64,000 nt of DNA from an uncultured delta proteobacterium. Its GTDB lineage: Bacteria; Desulfobacterota; Binatia; UBA9968. Each line of letters begins with the position of its first letter. Within the stretch, counting starts at the first letter, position 1. The notes beneath the pieces are model-generated. The model was not told the origin of the DNA and made no database searches. It was given only the letters and a program-made list of their open reading frames with translations. Positions 23,457 to 33,434 of this stretch are shown here, one piece after another. The translations under genes and the position numbers were made by a program. Location of the stretch: assembly GCA_963760795.1 (NCBI GenBank), contig CAVXEP010000012.1, positions 64,001 through 128,000 on the forward strand. Reading direction: 5' to 3'.

Positions 23457-24409
23457 CATTGCTCTTCAGTCTTAATTCGATAAAAACTCCGCCCGTACGC
23501 GCGGTGAAACGCGGTCCACTTCGATCCCGGCTCTTTCTCCGGCATGTTTTGGATCGCTTGAATCTTGCCGTCGAGGTCATCGAGGGAATGAAGGATCACA
23601 GCTTCGACGGTCTGCGGCAGCTTGGGCGAGCCGAATTCATAAGCGCCATGATGGCTCACCAGTAAATGCTTGAGCAGCAAAGCTAGCTCAGTGGGAAATG
23701 CCGCAATCGCATCGATCTTCTTGGTCACCATCTCCACTTCCATGACCAGATGGCCCAACAACTGCCCGGCGTCGGTGTAATCCACCGCCCGGTCGAAAGT
23801 AAACTCGTAAACCTTGCCGATGTCATGGAGAAAGCCGCCCATCAGCAACAGGTCGACATCGACGCCTTGGTAATTCTCGACGACTTTTTGAATCAGCTTC
23901 ATCAAGGAAAGCGTATGCTCCAACAAACCGCTTAAATAAGGATGATGAATCGTCTTGGCCCCCGGCGCCTGGCGCAACAAGCGCATCAGCTCCTCGTCGG
24001 CGAAGCAGGCCTCCGCCAGGGCGAGCAGATGGGGATTTTTCATGCCACGGAGAATCGTTTGCAGTTCCTCAAGCATCGACTGCGGATCGAAAGCGCTCTT
24101 GGGCAAGAAATCCTCCGGCGCGATCTTTGACTCATCGACGCGCATGACATCTTGCACGCGTAACTGCATCTTGCCCTGATAAAGCGTCGCTTGGCCGCGC
24201 ACACGAACAAAATCATTTTTGTCGAAGCCGCGGCCGAGATCGTCGGCGCGCTCCCACACCCGCGCCTCGATGTCGCCAGTGCGGTCGATCAGCTTCAACG
24301 TCAGATAACTGTTGCCGGTCTTAGTCACGCCATGAGTTTTCGCCGCAACCAAAAACATGGCATCGACCGCTTGATTGTCGCGAATATCGGCAGCAAAGAG
24401 AGACTTCAT
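23456..24409 (-). CDS. yhaM: OB-fold + HD-domain 3'-5' exoribonuclease (YhaM/Cbf1 family)
   Basis: N-terminal OB fold, HHPYLSGLLEHT, LHDIGK, SHHG. Confidence 0.88.
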   Translation of the reverse strand: MKSLFAADIRDNQAVDAMFLVAAKTHGVTKTGNSYLTLKLIDRTGDIEARVWERADDLGRGFDKNDFVRVRGQATLYQGKMQLRVQDVMRVDESKIAPEDFLPKSAFDPQSMLEELQTILRGMKNPHLLALAEACFADEELMRLLRQAPGAKTIHHPYLSGLLEHTLSLMKLIQKVVENYQGVDVDLLLMGGFLHDIGKVYEFTFDRAVDYTDAGQLLGHLVMEVEMVTKKIDAIAAFPTELALLLKHLLVSHHGAYEFGSPKLPQTVEAVILHSLDDLDGKIQAIQNMPEKEPGSKWTAFHRAYGRSFYRIKTEEQ

Positions 24410-24427
24410 CTGAACATCCTCCCAGTT

Positions 24428-24727
24428 TTAATTGATCGCTTGCGCCAAGTCGTACAAGGAGCGAACCAAGAAACGCTGCAAAAACATCACCGCCAGCCAA
24501 ACCGCAATCGCCGAAAAATCGAAGCCGCCGGAGGACAGCGGCAATTTCTCCCGCACCCGCGCCAACACCGGCTCCGTGGCGCTGTGAAGGAAGCGGATCA
24601 ATGGATTATTCGGATCAGCATTAATGTAAGAAATCACCACACGAGCCAATAATATCCAAGCATACGCCCACAGGACGTAGTCGAGAATCTGCGCCACCGC
24701 AACCAGCAAATTAGCGATCAGAAACAT
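24428..24727 (-). CDS. yggT: YggT family membrane protein
   Basis: DPNNPL..TEPVL..GFDFS; adjacent to yggS. Confidence 0.9.
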   Translation of the reverse strand: MFLIANLLVAVAQILDYVLWAYAWILLARVVISYINADPNNPLIRFLHSATEPVLARVREKLPLSSGGFDFSAIAVWLAVMFLQRFLVRSLYDLAQAIN

Positions 24728-24733
24728 GGGTCA

Positions 24734-25426
24734 TCATCCCCGCGGCCCAAAGAGCGCCGTGCCGATGCGCACGATAGTCGCGCCCTCTTCGATCGCCACG
24801 GTAAAGTCGTGGGTCATGCCCATGGACAACTCTTTAAGACGCACGTGGGGTAAATTCAGTGAATTGAGCGAGTCGCGCAACTCGCGCAGCTCGCGAAAGT
24901 ACGGCCGCACCTCTTCCAGATTCTCGCGAAACGGCGGCACGGTCATCAGCCCTTGGACTCTCACGTGGGCCAAACCGGAAAGCTTTTCTAACAAGCCAGC
25001 GACTTCAGCTTTGGCAATCCCAGACTTACTCTCCTCACCCGCCAGATTTACTTCGATAAGCGCACGCACAATCTTGCTTCGTTTCGCCGCCTCTTTGTCC
25101 AATTCCCGCGCCAGCGCCAAATTATCCAACGACTCGACGACGTCGAACAACTGCACCGCCAGCTTGGCCTTATTGCGTTGCAAATGGCCGATCAGATGCC
25201 ACTCGACCTTGGCTTGCGCCAATAGGTTCTTCTTCTCCTGCGCCTCTTGGACGTAATTCTCACCGACCAGCGCCACTCCCGCCGCCAGCGCAGCGCGGAG
25301 CGAATCCACCGGCTGCGACTTCGAAGCCGCCAGCAGCCGAACCTCGCGCGCATTCCGCCCCACCTTCGCCGTCGCAACAGCAATGCGCTCAACAATCGCC
25401 CGATAGTTCGCCCCGACATCGATCAT
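24734..25426 (-). CDS. yggS: PLP homeostasis protein
   Basis: LAASK, GENYVQE, WHLIGHLQRNK, LSMGMT, VRIGTALFG. Confidence 0.96.
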   Translation of the reverse strand: MIDVGANYRAIVERIAVATAKVGRNAREVRLLAASKSQPVDSLRAALAAGVALVGENYVQEAQEKKNLLAQAKVEWHLIGHLQRNKAKLAVQLFDVVESLDNLALARELDKEAAKRSKIVRALIEVNLAGEESKSGIAKAEVAGLLEKLSGLAHVRVQGLMTVPPFRENLEEVRPYFRELRELRDSLNSLNLPHVRLKELSMGMTHDFTVAIEEGATIVRIGTALFGPRG

Positions 25427-26143
25427 GAGGGCAATTGCTTACCACAACGCCGGAGGGATTTCACACACCAGCGAATTTCAACGATTGCCGCTGATGGAGC
25501 AAAACAAAGCGACGTAACATCTCCGGGCGAAAGGACAGCAAGCCGCGTGTCGGCCGCTAACATTCCGTGCGGCCAAAGTGAGACCGCCAATCATAGTGGC
25601 ACCGAAACAAAGCGGCGGGCAGGATGGGAGCAAAACCGAAATATTTCTATCGACGAGCTTTATTTCGATCCCCCTAACGAACAGGCGGGCGAGGTTGGCC
25701 TAGCAATCCGTTTCGTCATGATCGGCGCGTCGCATTATTTCGATAGAGACGGAAGCGATAATCCAAGAACTCATAACTGATGCCTTCCGGTTAATGAGGG
25801 ACTTTTAGCCTGGGTTCTTGTGTTCTGTTAAAAGACCCCCGTTATTCGGCTTATCGCCTTCGTAACAGCCAACGATCAACACGTCGAACGGATACGGACG
25901 TGTTATTCGCCAGAGGCAAAACTCCAAGACCGACATCCCTTGCCCGTGTCGGGCCGTATCGCCCATCTACCTCTTCATGCCCGAAATCAGAATCATCCTT
26001 AATTGCACAAGCTAGTAGTTTGAGGAGTAAGGCAGCAAAACTGACCGCGGACTTCTACGGCACGGCATTAGCTCATGGTCCTTCGTACTCTGCCCGAATT
26101 ATTGAGTGAAGGGCTAACTCGGTGGCAATCCGTTTGAGGCAGT

Positions 26144-29100
26144 ATGAGAAGTAGAGTCATGTTGAAGACCAACAGTAATCGGCATAGCGTCCTCCTAGCT
26201 TCAACGAAAATAACCCCCATCCTCGCGACTCTCCTGATATCGATTGTGTTGGGACCCATCGCTTTTTTGCCAAATGCTCATGCGCAAATTACCTTCAACG
26301 ATCCTGGCTTTATGTCCGAAACCGTCGCAACGCTGCCGCCTTACACTCCGATAGGGCTTACCTTTGCTTCGGACGGTCGCATCTTCATCTGGCAGAAAAG
26401 CGGCGTGGTGCAAATCGTAAAAAACGGTGCCTTGCTGCCTACGCCGTTTCTCGACATCCAATCGCATGTCAATCAATGTGGTGATCGGGGTCTCTTGGGA
26501 CTCGCCCTCGACCCGGCCTTTGTAAACAATGGATACGTTTATCTTCTGTATACTTTAGAAACAGGCGGCGATCCTAACGACTGCGGTCCGAAAACTTCCC
26601 AGCTCACTAGGGTCAGCACCGATCCTGCGAACCTTGACGCGGCTCTTCCAGTCAGTGAGGTGGTTATACTGGGCGATCTGCCTTCCGAAGCGGAATATCA
26701 CTCTATTGGAACAATTCGTTTCGCGCCTGATGGCAAGTTATTCGTGGGTGTTGGCGATGCGGCATCTGCCGCTTTCGTGGATCCACAAGCCCTGCGGGCA
26801 CAGGATCTGAACAGCTTGGCTGGCAAGATTCTGCGCATCAATTCAGACGGCACCTCTCCGGCTAATAATCCCTTTTACAATGGCACAAACTCGAACCGCT
26901 CGAAGGTCTGGGCCTACGGGTTACGCAACCCGTATCGCTTTAGCTTACATCCCGTCAGCGGCGAACCTTATATCGCTGACGTTGGCTGGAATTCAAAAGA
27001 GGAGATTAATCGCGGACGCGGCAAAAACTTCGGCTGGCCTTGCTATGAGGGTGCCCTCCCTCAGCCACAGTACCAGGCGGCGTTCCAGCAATGCCGGGCG
27101 CTTCGGCAGAGCGCCGTTACCGGGCCACTTTACGAGTACGACTCTAGCATGGGTAAGACCGTGATCGCCGGGCCGGTTTACACATCGATTCTCTACCCGC
27201 CCCAATATCATGGAAACTTCTTCTTTGCCGACTACGTCTCGAAGTGGATCGACCGGATGGTTCTCGACGCTAACCAAAACGTCATCACTATCACTAGATT
27301 TGCGACTAGTGTTGACGGTCCCGTGAGCGTTGAGATGGGACCTGACGGAATGATCTATTATGTCGCTATTGAGAGCGGGATTGTTGGGCGTATTCGTTAC
27401 GTCGGCCCTCAGCAACCGCCTCTTGTCAATGCGAATGCTGCGACAACATCGGGCTACTCTCCACTGGTAGTAAACTTCTCCAGCGCCGGCTCCGCTGATC
27501 CGGAGAATGGCCCGCTGGTCTTCTTTTGGGACTTTGGTGATGGCACGACCTCTACAGCGCCTAATCCGCAGCATGCTTACGTGGGTGGAGGCGTAGTTAG
27601 TTTTACCGCTACACTTACGGTCACTGATATCTCTGGACTTAGCTCCACTGACAGCGTCAAGATTACGGTCGGAAGCCGTCCGCCGGCGGCAACGATATTG
27701 ACTCCTACCGCGGGGACGTTCGTGGTTCCGGGTCAGACGATAAATTTTGAGGGGGCCGCCACCGATCCCGACGACGGTATTTTGCTACCGGCGGCGCTCA
27801 GCTGGACGGTTTTGCTGCAACACAACGAGCATGTTCATCCGCAGATGAACGAAATAGGTGCCGGCGGCAGCTTTGTTGCGACGAACCACGGTGTTGGAAA
27901 CTTCGGGTTCAAGATCATTCTCACGGCAACAGATAGTAGCGGTCTAACGAGTTCTCAAGCCATCTTTTTGCCGATGCCACCCGTGGGCAAACCGGACGTG
28001 GTGGCCGCCTACAGTTTCAATGAGGGCGTTGGAAACACCATCAACGACGCGTCAGGCAATGGCAATCACGGCACCATCGTAAGCGCCGCTTGGGTCTCAG
28101 GGCGCTATAGCGATGCGCTGGATTCTGACGGTTCTGGGGATTTTATTGTCGTGCCTGACAACCCGACGTTGGATCTCGGTAATACGGGAACCATCGAGGC
28201 ATGGGTGCTGCCAGCGCGCCTCGACCAATGGCAGGGAATAATTGCAAAGGGTAATGCGTCCCTTAATTATGCTCTGGGAATCACTGAAACGAATCTAGCG
28301 GTGTGCAGATTGGGTAACATCCCAACGCAATTAGCGGTCCTCTCGACTACTCCCATTTTCAGCGGCGTGTTCCAGCATTTGGCTTGCTCCTGGGACGGCA
28401 CGACGTTGGCTCTTTATATCAACGCTATCCTAAACAACTCATTAGCCCAGACCATAGTGCCAGCAGCCAACGCAGCGCCGCTTTACATAGGACAATTTGC
28501 GGCGAACACGGATCGCTTCGATGGAGTTATCGACGAGGTGAGGATTTATAATCGCGCCTTGAGTCAAGCGGAAATCAATTTCGACATGAATACACCGATC
28601 ATCGACGTTGACAATCAGTCACCGACATCACCCACAAGATTGACGGCCAGGGCGGCAAGCAGCAGCCGGATTAATTTAAACTGGGCGGTGGCTTGGGACA
28701 ATGTGGCCGTGAGCCATTACCGAGTGGAACGCTGCCTGGGCCTGGGCTGTAGCAACTTCGGCCACATCGCCACTGCTACGGTAACCAGTTTCAACGATAC
28801 AGGCTTGGCAGCATCGACGCCTTTTAGATACCGGGTGCGAGCCAGCGACGCTTCGGGAAACCTGAGCGGGTATTCAAATGTAATCACGGGCAGAACGAGT
28901 GCACCGGATCGGCAACCGCCGAGCGCACCCCGTAGATTAACCGCCGCGGCGGTTAATACAGGCCAAATTGATTTGAGCTGGCTCCCATCCATCGACAACG
29001 TGGGGGTTACTGAATATCAGATAGAACGATGTCAGGGCCTAAGATGCAGCACGTTCGCCCAAATCGCGACCGTAGCCGTCGTCAATCTCAGTGACGTCGG

Positions 29101-29200
29101 CCTGCCGAGCTCAACCAGCTTCGCTTATCGCATACGCGCCGTAGATGCGTTGGGCAACCGCAGTCTTTACTCTAATCGAGTGACCGTATCGACTCCGTAG
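26144..29200 (+). CDS. Secreted multidomain protein: glucose/sorbosone dehydrogenase-like propeller + PKD + LamG + 2 FN3
   Basis: Signal peptide; GLLGLALDP, GKILRI, YGLRNPYR, NFGWPCYEG; WDFGDG (PKD); GVIDEVRIYNRAL (LamG); two C-terminal FN3 repeats. Confidence 0.85.
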   Translation: MRSRVMLKTNSNRHSVLLASTKITPILATLLISIVLGPIAFLPNAHAQITFNDPGFMSETVATLPPYTPIGLTFASDGRIFIWQKSGVVQIVKNGALLPTPFLDIQSHVNQCGDRGLLGLALDPAFVNNGYVYLLYTLETGGDPNDCGPKTSQLTRVSTDPANLDAALPVSEVVILGDLPSEAEYHSIGTIRFAPDGKLFVGVGDAASAAFVDPQALRAQDLNSLAGKILRINSDGTSPANNPFYNGTNSNRSKVWAYGLRNPYRFSLHPVSGEPYIADVGWNSKEEINRGRGKNFGWPCYEGALPQPQYQAAFQQCRALRQSAVTGPLYEYDSSMGKTVIAGPVYTSILYPPQYHGNFFFADYVSKWIDRMVLDANQNVITITRFATSVDGPVSVEMGPDGMIYYVAIESGIVGRIRYVGPQQPPLVNANAATTSGYSPLVVNFSSAGSADPENGPLVFFWDFGDGTTSTAPNPQHAYVGGGVVSFTATLTVTDISGLSSTDSVKITVGSRPPAATILTPTAGTFVVPGQTINFEGAATDPDDGILLPAALSWTVLLQHNEHVHPQMNEIGAGGSFVATNHGVGNFGFKIILTATDSSGLTSSQAIFLPMPPVGKPDVVAAYSFNEGVGNTINDASGNGNHGTIVSAAWVSGRYSDALDSDGSGDFIVVPDNPTLDLGNTGTIEAWVLPARLDQWQGIIAKGNASLNYALGITETNLAVCRLGNIPTQLAVLSTTPIFSGVFQHLACSWDGTTLALYINAILNNSLAQTIVPAANAAPLYIGQFAANTDRFDGVIDEVRIYNRALSQAEINFDMNTPIIDVDNQSPTSPTRLTARAASSSRINLNWAVAWDNVAVSHYRVERCLGLGCSNFGHIATATVTSFNDTGLAASTPFRYRVRASDASGNLSGYSNVITGRTSAPDRQPPSAPRRLTAAAVNTGQIDLSWLPSIDNVGVTEYQIERCQGLRCSTFAQIATVAVVNLSDVGLPSSTSFAYRIRAVDALGNRSLYSNRVTVSTP

Positions 29201-29515
29201 TTCCTATTGCTGATGGTATTAAAGAGATCTACCATCAAAACTTGCAGGTAGCCGGGTCGGTCCGTTCATTCAGGCTTGCACTCCGGACTTTGTCCAGTCA
29301 GTGGACCAGCGTCCTCGATCTCGCGCACAATCTTTGACCCCAACCTTCTATCTGAGACACTCATGGGCAAGCACCTGGAGCATGCCCGATTCCACGACGC
29401 TCGACGACTTGGCAATCCTACGATTAGAAGAAGAAAATTAAATTGATTTACGCGACGCTTGCGTTGAACCCTGTTAGTTCCTGAAGTAAAACCGCTGCAC
29501 GGAGGATCATGATTT

Positions 29516-30307
29516 ATGCCATTCCAATATCTCCCCGTCATGGCGCAAAACTCCGCGCCGAAACTGCCGCGCGTGCTGGTGTCACCGACAAAACCAGCCT
29601 GGTGTCCGATTGCGAAACCGTTGAGTGAATCGCGCGTCGCGCTACTGAGCAGCGCGGCGTTGCGCCTGGCCGATCAGGAGCCGTTCATTCCACGTGAAGA
29701 TTTCAATTATCGGCGCGTGCCGTCCGACCCGAGCGCGGGAGAGATCGTCATCGATCATCATTCCGGCATCGGCCGGGTGCCCAAGCAGGACCCGGAGATT
29801 GTTTTTCCGCGCACGGCGTTGGCGAATCTGCACAAGCGCGGGGTCGTCGGTAGCTTGGCACCGTTTCACTATTCCTTCATGGGCGGTTTGCGCGGTCATG
29901 GCAAGATTGAAAACGAGCTGGCGCCAGCCATCGCCAACGACTTGAAGCAAGCGCAGGTCGATCTCGCTCTGCTCGTGCCCTATTGACCCTTCTGTCATGA
30001 GACCGTCGGTCTCATCGCCCATGTCATCGAAGGCCACGGGATTCCGACCCTGATGATCGGCACGGCCCACGACATCATGAGCAAAGTCACGCCGCCGCGC
30101 GCGCTGTTTGTCGATCATCCGGTGGGCCGCACCTTCGGCCCACCCCATGACAGCGCCCGCAACCAAGCGGTGCTCGCCCGCGCGCTCGAAGAGCTGCCCA
30201 AGTTCACGCGCGCTGGCGAAATCCGCGACCCCGGCTTCCAATGGTTGTCGGATGGCAGCCGCATTTGGGAAGATGAGCTACGCGCTGAGATGCGCCACGA
30301 CCACTGA
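29516..30307 (+). CDS. GrdB/PrdB (reductase selenoprotein B)-like protein with in-frame UGA read as Sec, 263 aa
   Basis: ORFs 29516-29986 and 30053-30307 are in the same frame; readthrough gives LVPY-U-PFCHETVGLIAHVIEGHGIPT; PLSESRVALLSSA and PPRALFV family motifs. Confidence 0.82.
29997..30015 (+). promoter_or_regulatory. Candidate bacterial SECIS hairpin
   Basis: ATGAGACC-GTC-GGTCTCAT perfect stem starting 11 nt after the UGA at 29984-29986. Confidence 0.65.
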
Positions 30308-30459
30308 ATGCAAACCACTCGGAAGTCTTCCCCTTCAAGCGCGGCTTAGCAAAGACTCCAAGTCTGGGTGCTTACCCGCCTGTTGACTGCTCAACCGAAT
30401 CGGCTTAACTGGAGCGACAATGAGCTTCGCCGGAGACCCTAACAAGAAACATAATCACT

Positions 30460-31140
30460 TTGGTAGATCAGTCACTTAATGTCGTGACCTGGGACAATTT
30501 GCGCGCATATTTAACAAACTCTTCCCCGACCCACTCTGGTCATTCTGCACGGCGGCGCAGTGCGAGTTTATTGCTGTCCTTTGGCATCTCCCTGCCGCTG
30601 GGGTTCGATTCTCAATTGAGCCCTGAAAATGGTTGGGATAGGAAAGGCGCCGCGATCCCAAGATTAACCGCCTCAGGCAAACCCGCTAAGGTTGATCCCC
30701 GACAAGAAATAGCAAATAATATCCTCTTGGCGCATGTACCTCAAGATCGCGTTGGCATTGGAATCCCATTTGCCGGCAGAGACTTCGAGCCGCAAGACCC
30801 AAAACCTGCCGCTGACGAGCCAGCCCTCATTGCTCCGGAAATTTATCAGAAGGCGAAGGCCCTGGGCTCGGTCCGCGTGATTGTCGAATTACGCTTAGCG
30901 CCGCATAGAGAAGATTCCGAATCGTCTCGGGAAGATGCTATTCGCACGGCACAAAAAGCGCTCCTTGATGAGCTAGCCCAGGTAAACCTTCGAGTTATCC
31001 GAAACTATTCTTCGATTCCAGCCATTGTGCTGGCAGCATCCGTCGATGCACTCAAGATAATTGCCGCGTCCCGTCACGTGACAGGCGTAACTGAGGACGG
31101 TCTATCGATCCCGTTAAAACCATTAGGAGCCTGCAAATAA
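30460..31140 (+). CDS. Protein whose C-terminal half resembles a subtilase propeptide (I9-like); start uncertain
   Basis: QKAKALGSVRVIVEL..RVIRNYSSIPAIVL..VTGVTED parallels the prodomain of the next gene. Confidence 0.6.
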   Translation: MVDQSLNVVTWDNLRAYLTNSSPTHSGHSARRRSASLLLSFGISLPLGFDSQLSPENGWDRKGAAIPRLTASGKPAKVDPRQEIANNILLAHVPQDRVGIGIPFAGRDFEPQDPKPAADEPALIAPEIYQKAKALGSVRVIVELRLAPHREDSESSREDAIRTAQKALLDELAQVNLRVIRNYSSIPAIVLAASVDALKIIAASRHVTGVTEDGLSIPLKPLGACK

Positions 31141-31144
31141 ACGC

Positions 31145-33244
31145 ATGCCTGTCTGCTTGAGGGAGCACACCATGATTATCCGATCACTTTTGCCTAGGCT
31201 TCTTGCGGCCGTTTTATTCATCCAGTTTTTGCTCCTCCCCGCTGGAATGGTCAGCGGGGCGGCCTCCTTTACGGCCCCACAGGGCTTAATTCAAAAGGCA
31301 CAGCACCAGGGAACCGTCCGAGTCATCGTCCGGCTTTACACGCCGCCAACTACCGAATCCGACATTGAGAGCGACCTAGAGCGCGCTAGCCGCCGCAGAA
31401 ATATTGACTTCGCTCGCGCCTCTACGCGAGCTAGCTTGTCGCACTTGCCGCACCGGGTCATTCATGAGTTTCAAGATTTTCCATTTATGGCGCTCAGTCT
31501 CACCCCAGAGGGACTTCAAGCCTTAGAATCCCTCCGCGGCGTCGTCACCGAAGTCTTAGAGGATCAACTCAACACACCATTACTCGGCGAAAGCGTCCCG
31601 CTGGTGCAAGCGGACCAGGCGTGGGCGGGCGGATTCGCTGGACTCAACTTGGACGGCACCGGCACCGTCATCGCGATACTCGATACGGGTGTGGACAAGA
31701 GTCACGCATTCCTCAGTGGCAAAGTCATCGCCGAAGCGTGTTTTTCATCTAATGATTCGAATCAATCGGCCACGAGTGTGTGCCCCGGCGGCGCTGAGAT
31801 GTCCACAGCGACCGGATCGGGTGTACCTTGTAACGCCAACGGCTGTGACCATGGCACTCACGTGGCCGGCATCGCAGCAGGCGGATCCACCACACCAGGA
31901 TCGGGAGTCGCGCCGGGCGCAGGGATCATGGCGATCCAGGTTTTTAGCCAATTTTCGGACGCGTTTCTCTGCCTGTTGAGCGGCGATCCTCCGCCGTGCG
32001 CTCTGGCTTTCACTTCTGATGTCCTGGCAGGATTACAGCATGTTTATAGCAAGCGGTCGCTGCTCAACATTGCCGCGGTCAACATGAGTCTCGGCGGACA
32101 AACCTCAGCAACTCCCTGCAACACCGACCCACGAGCAAGTATCATAAGGTCACTTAAAACCGCCAATATCGCCACCGCCGTAGCATCGGGAAATGACGGT
32201 TTAGGAAACGGTATTTCAGCTCCTGCTTGTGTGCCCGATGCAGTCAGTGTGGGCTCTACTGGAGACGGTTCCGGCGGATCAACCACGGATGAGGTTTCAT
32301 CATTCACGAATAGTGCAACTTTTCTAACGCTGTTGGCTCCGGGGGCAGTGATTAACTCGTCGATTCCCGGCGGCGGCTTCGCGCAATTCCAAGGAACCTC
32401 CATGGCCACGCCGCATGTCTCTGGAGCCTTTGCGATTCTCAAGCAAGCAGCGCCAAATGCCACATTCAGCCAGATGCTGGCGGCGTTACAGACTTCCGGT
32501 CAACCAGTTTTCGACCCGCTAAACGGCCTTACCAAGCCGCGCATAAAAATCCTCGATGCCTTGGCCCAGCTACCTGCGGTGCAATTTAGCGCGCCAACTT
32601 ATACGGTCGACGAAAGCAGCGCCAGAGCAACTATAACGGTAAATCGAACCGGCGTTACGGTTGGCACTTTGTCTGCGAATTATGCGGTCAGCGCTGGCAC
32701 CGCGACTTCAGGATCGGACTTCACGGCAAGGACCGGGAAGCTAAGCTTCACAGCCGGCCAGAGCAGCAAAACTTTCACCGTTTCAATTAAGAGAGACACC
32801 CTCAATGAAGCCAATGAAACGATCAATCTGACCTTGAGCGATCCCGTCGGCGGACTGTTGGGGAGCCAGAACACAGCCACCTTGACCGTGAACGACAACG
32901 ATGCCGCGGGCGTGATTCAGTTTAGCGCAGCCAGTTACACGGTCGGCGAAGCCGCCAGAAGAGCGACCATTACGGTTACCCGCACCGGCGGTACCGCCAG
33001 CGGTGTCGGCGTAACCTATGCGACTAGCGACGGCACAGCGACGGCGGGAGCGGATTATACCGCAACTTCAGGAATCCTCACCTTTGCCGCAAATCAAACC
33101 AGCAAGACCTTTACGATACCGGTTACTAACGACACCACCGTCGAGGGTAATGAAACAATAAATCTGACGCTATCCAATCCTACCGGCGGCGCAGCGCTCG
33201 GTGCGCAAAATACCGCGGAAGTCACGATCAGCGATAACGATTAG
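31145..33244 (+). CDS. S8 subtilase with propeptide and two Calx-beta domains
   Basis: Catalytic triad ILDTG / HGTHVAG / GTSMATPH; two VQFSA..GTAT..DF/DY..ETINLTL repeats. Confidence 0.93.
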   Translation: MPVCLREHTMIIRSLLPRLLAAVLFIQFLLLPAGMVSGAASFTAPQGLIQKAQHQGTVRVIVRLYTPPTTESDIESDLERASRRRNIDFARASTRASLSHLPHRVIHEFQDFPFMALSLTPEGLQALESLRGVVTEVLEDQLNTPLLGESVPLVQADQAWAGGFAGLNLDGTGTVIAILDTGVDKSHAFLSGKVIAEACFSSNDSNQSATSVCPGGAEMSTATGSGVPCNANGCDHGTHVAGIAAGGSTTPGSGVAPGAGIMAIQVFSQFSDAFLCLLSGDPPPCALAFTSDVLAGLQHVYSKRSLLNIAAVNMSLGGQTSATPCNTDPRASIIRSLKTANIATAVASGNDGLGNGISAPACVPDAVSVGSTGDGSGGSTTDEVSSFTNSATFLTLLAPGAVINSSIPGGGFAQFQGTSMATPHVSGAFAILKQAAPNATFSQMLAALQTSGQPVFDPLNGLTKPRIKILDALAQLPAVQFSAPTYTVDESSARATITVNRTGVTVGTLSANYAVSAGTATSGSDFTARTGKLSFTAGQSSKTFTVSIKRDTLNEANETINLTLSDPVGGLLGSQNTATLTVNDNDAAGVIQFSAASYTVGEAARRATITVTRTGGTASGVGVTYATSDGTATAGADYTATSGILTFAANQTSKTFTIPVTNDTTVEGNETINLTLSNPTGGAALGAQNTAEVTISDND

Positions 33245-33434
33245 TCGAATACTATTGAAACGTATTGTCGTCACCGCGTGGGTCCCTCGCTGAAACGTCA
33301 CGGTTAACCTAAATCGACTGCTCCCGGAGTGCTTAAGATCACCCGGAGCAGTACGCTCCCATTGACTCAGGTCGATTTTTCATTCTTAATTGCCTGCGTT
33401 AAAGTTTTGAGTCTCCTTTAAAGGAATTAATCAA

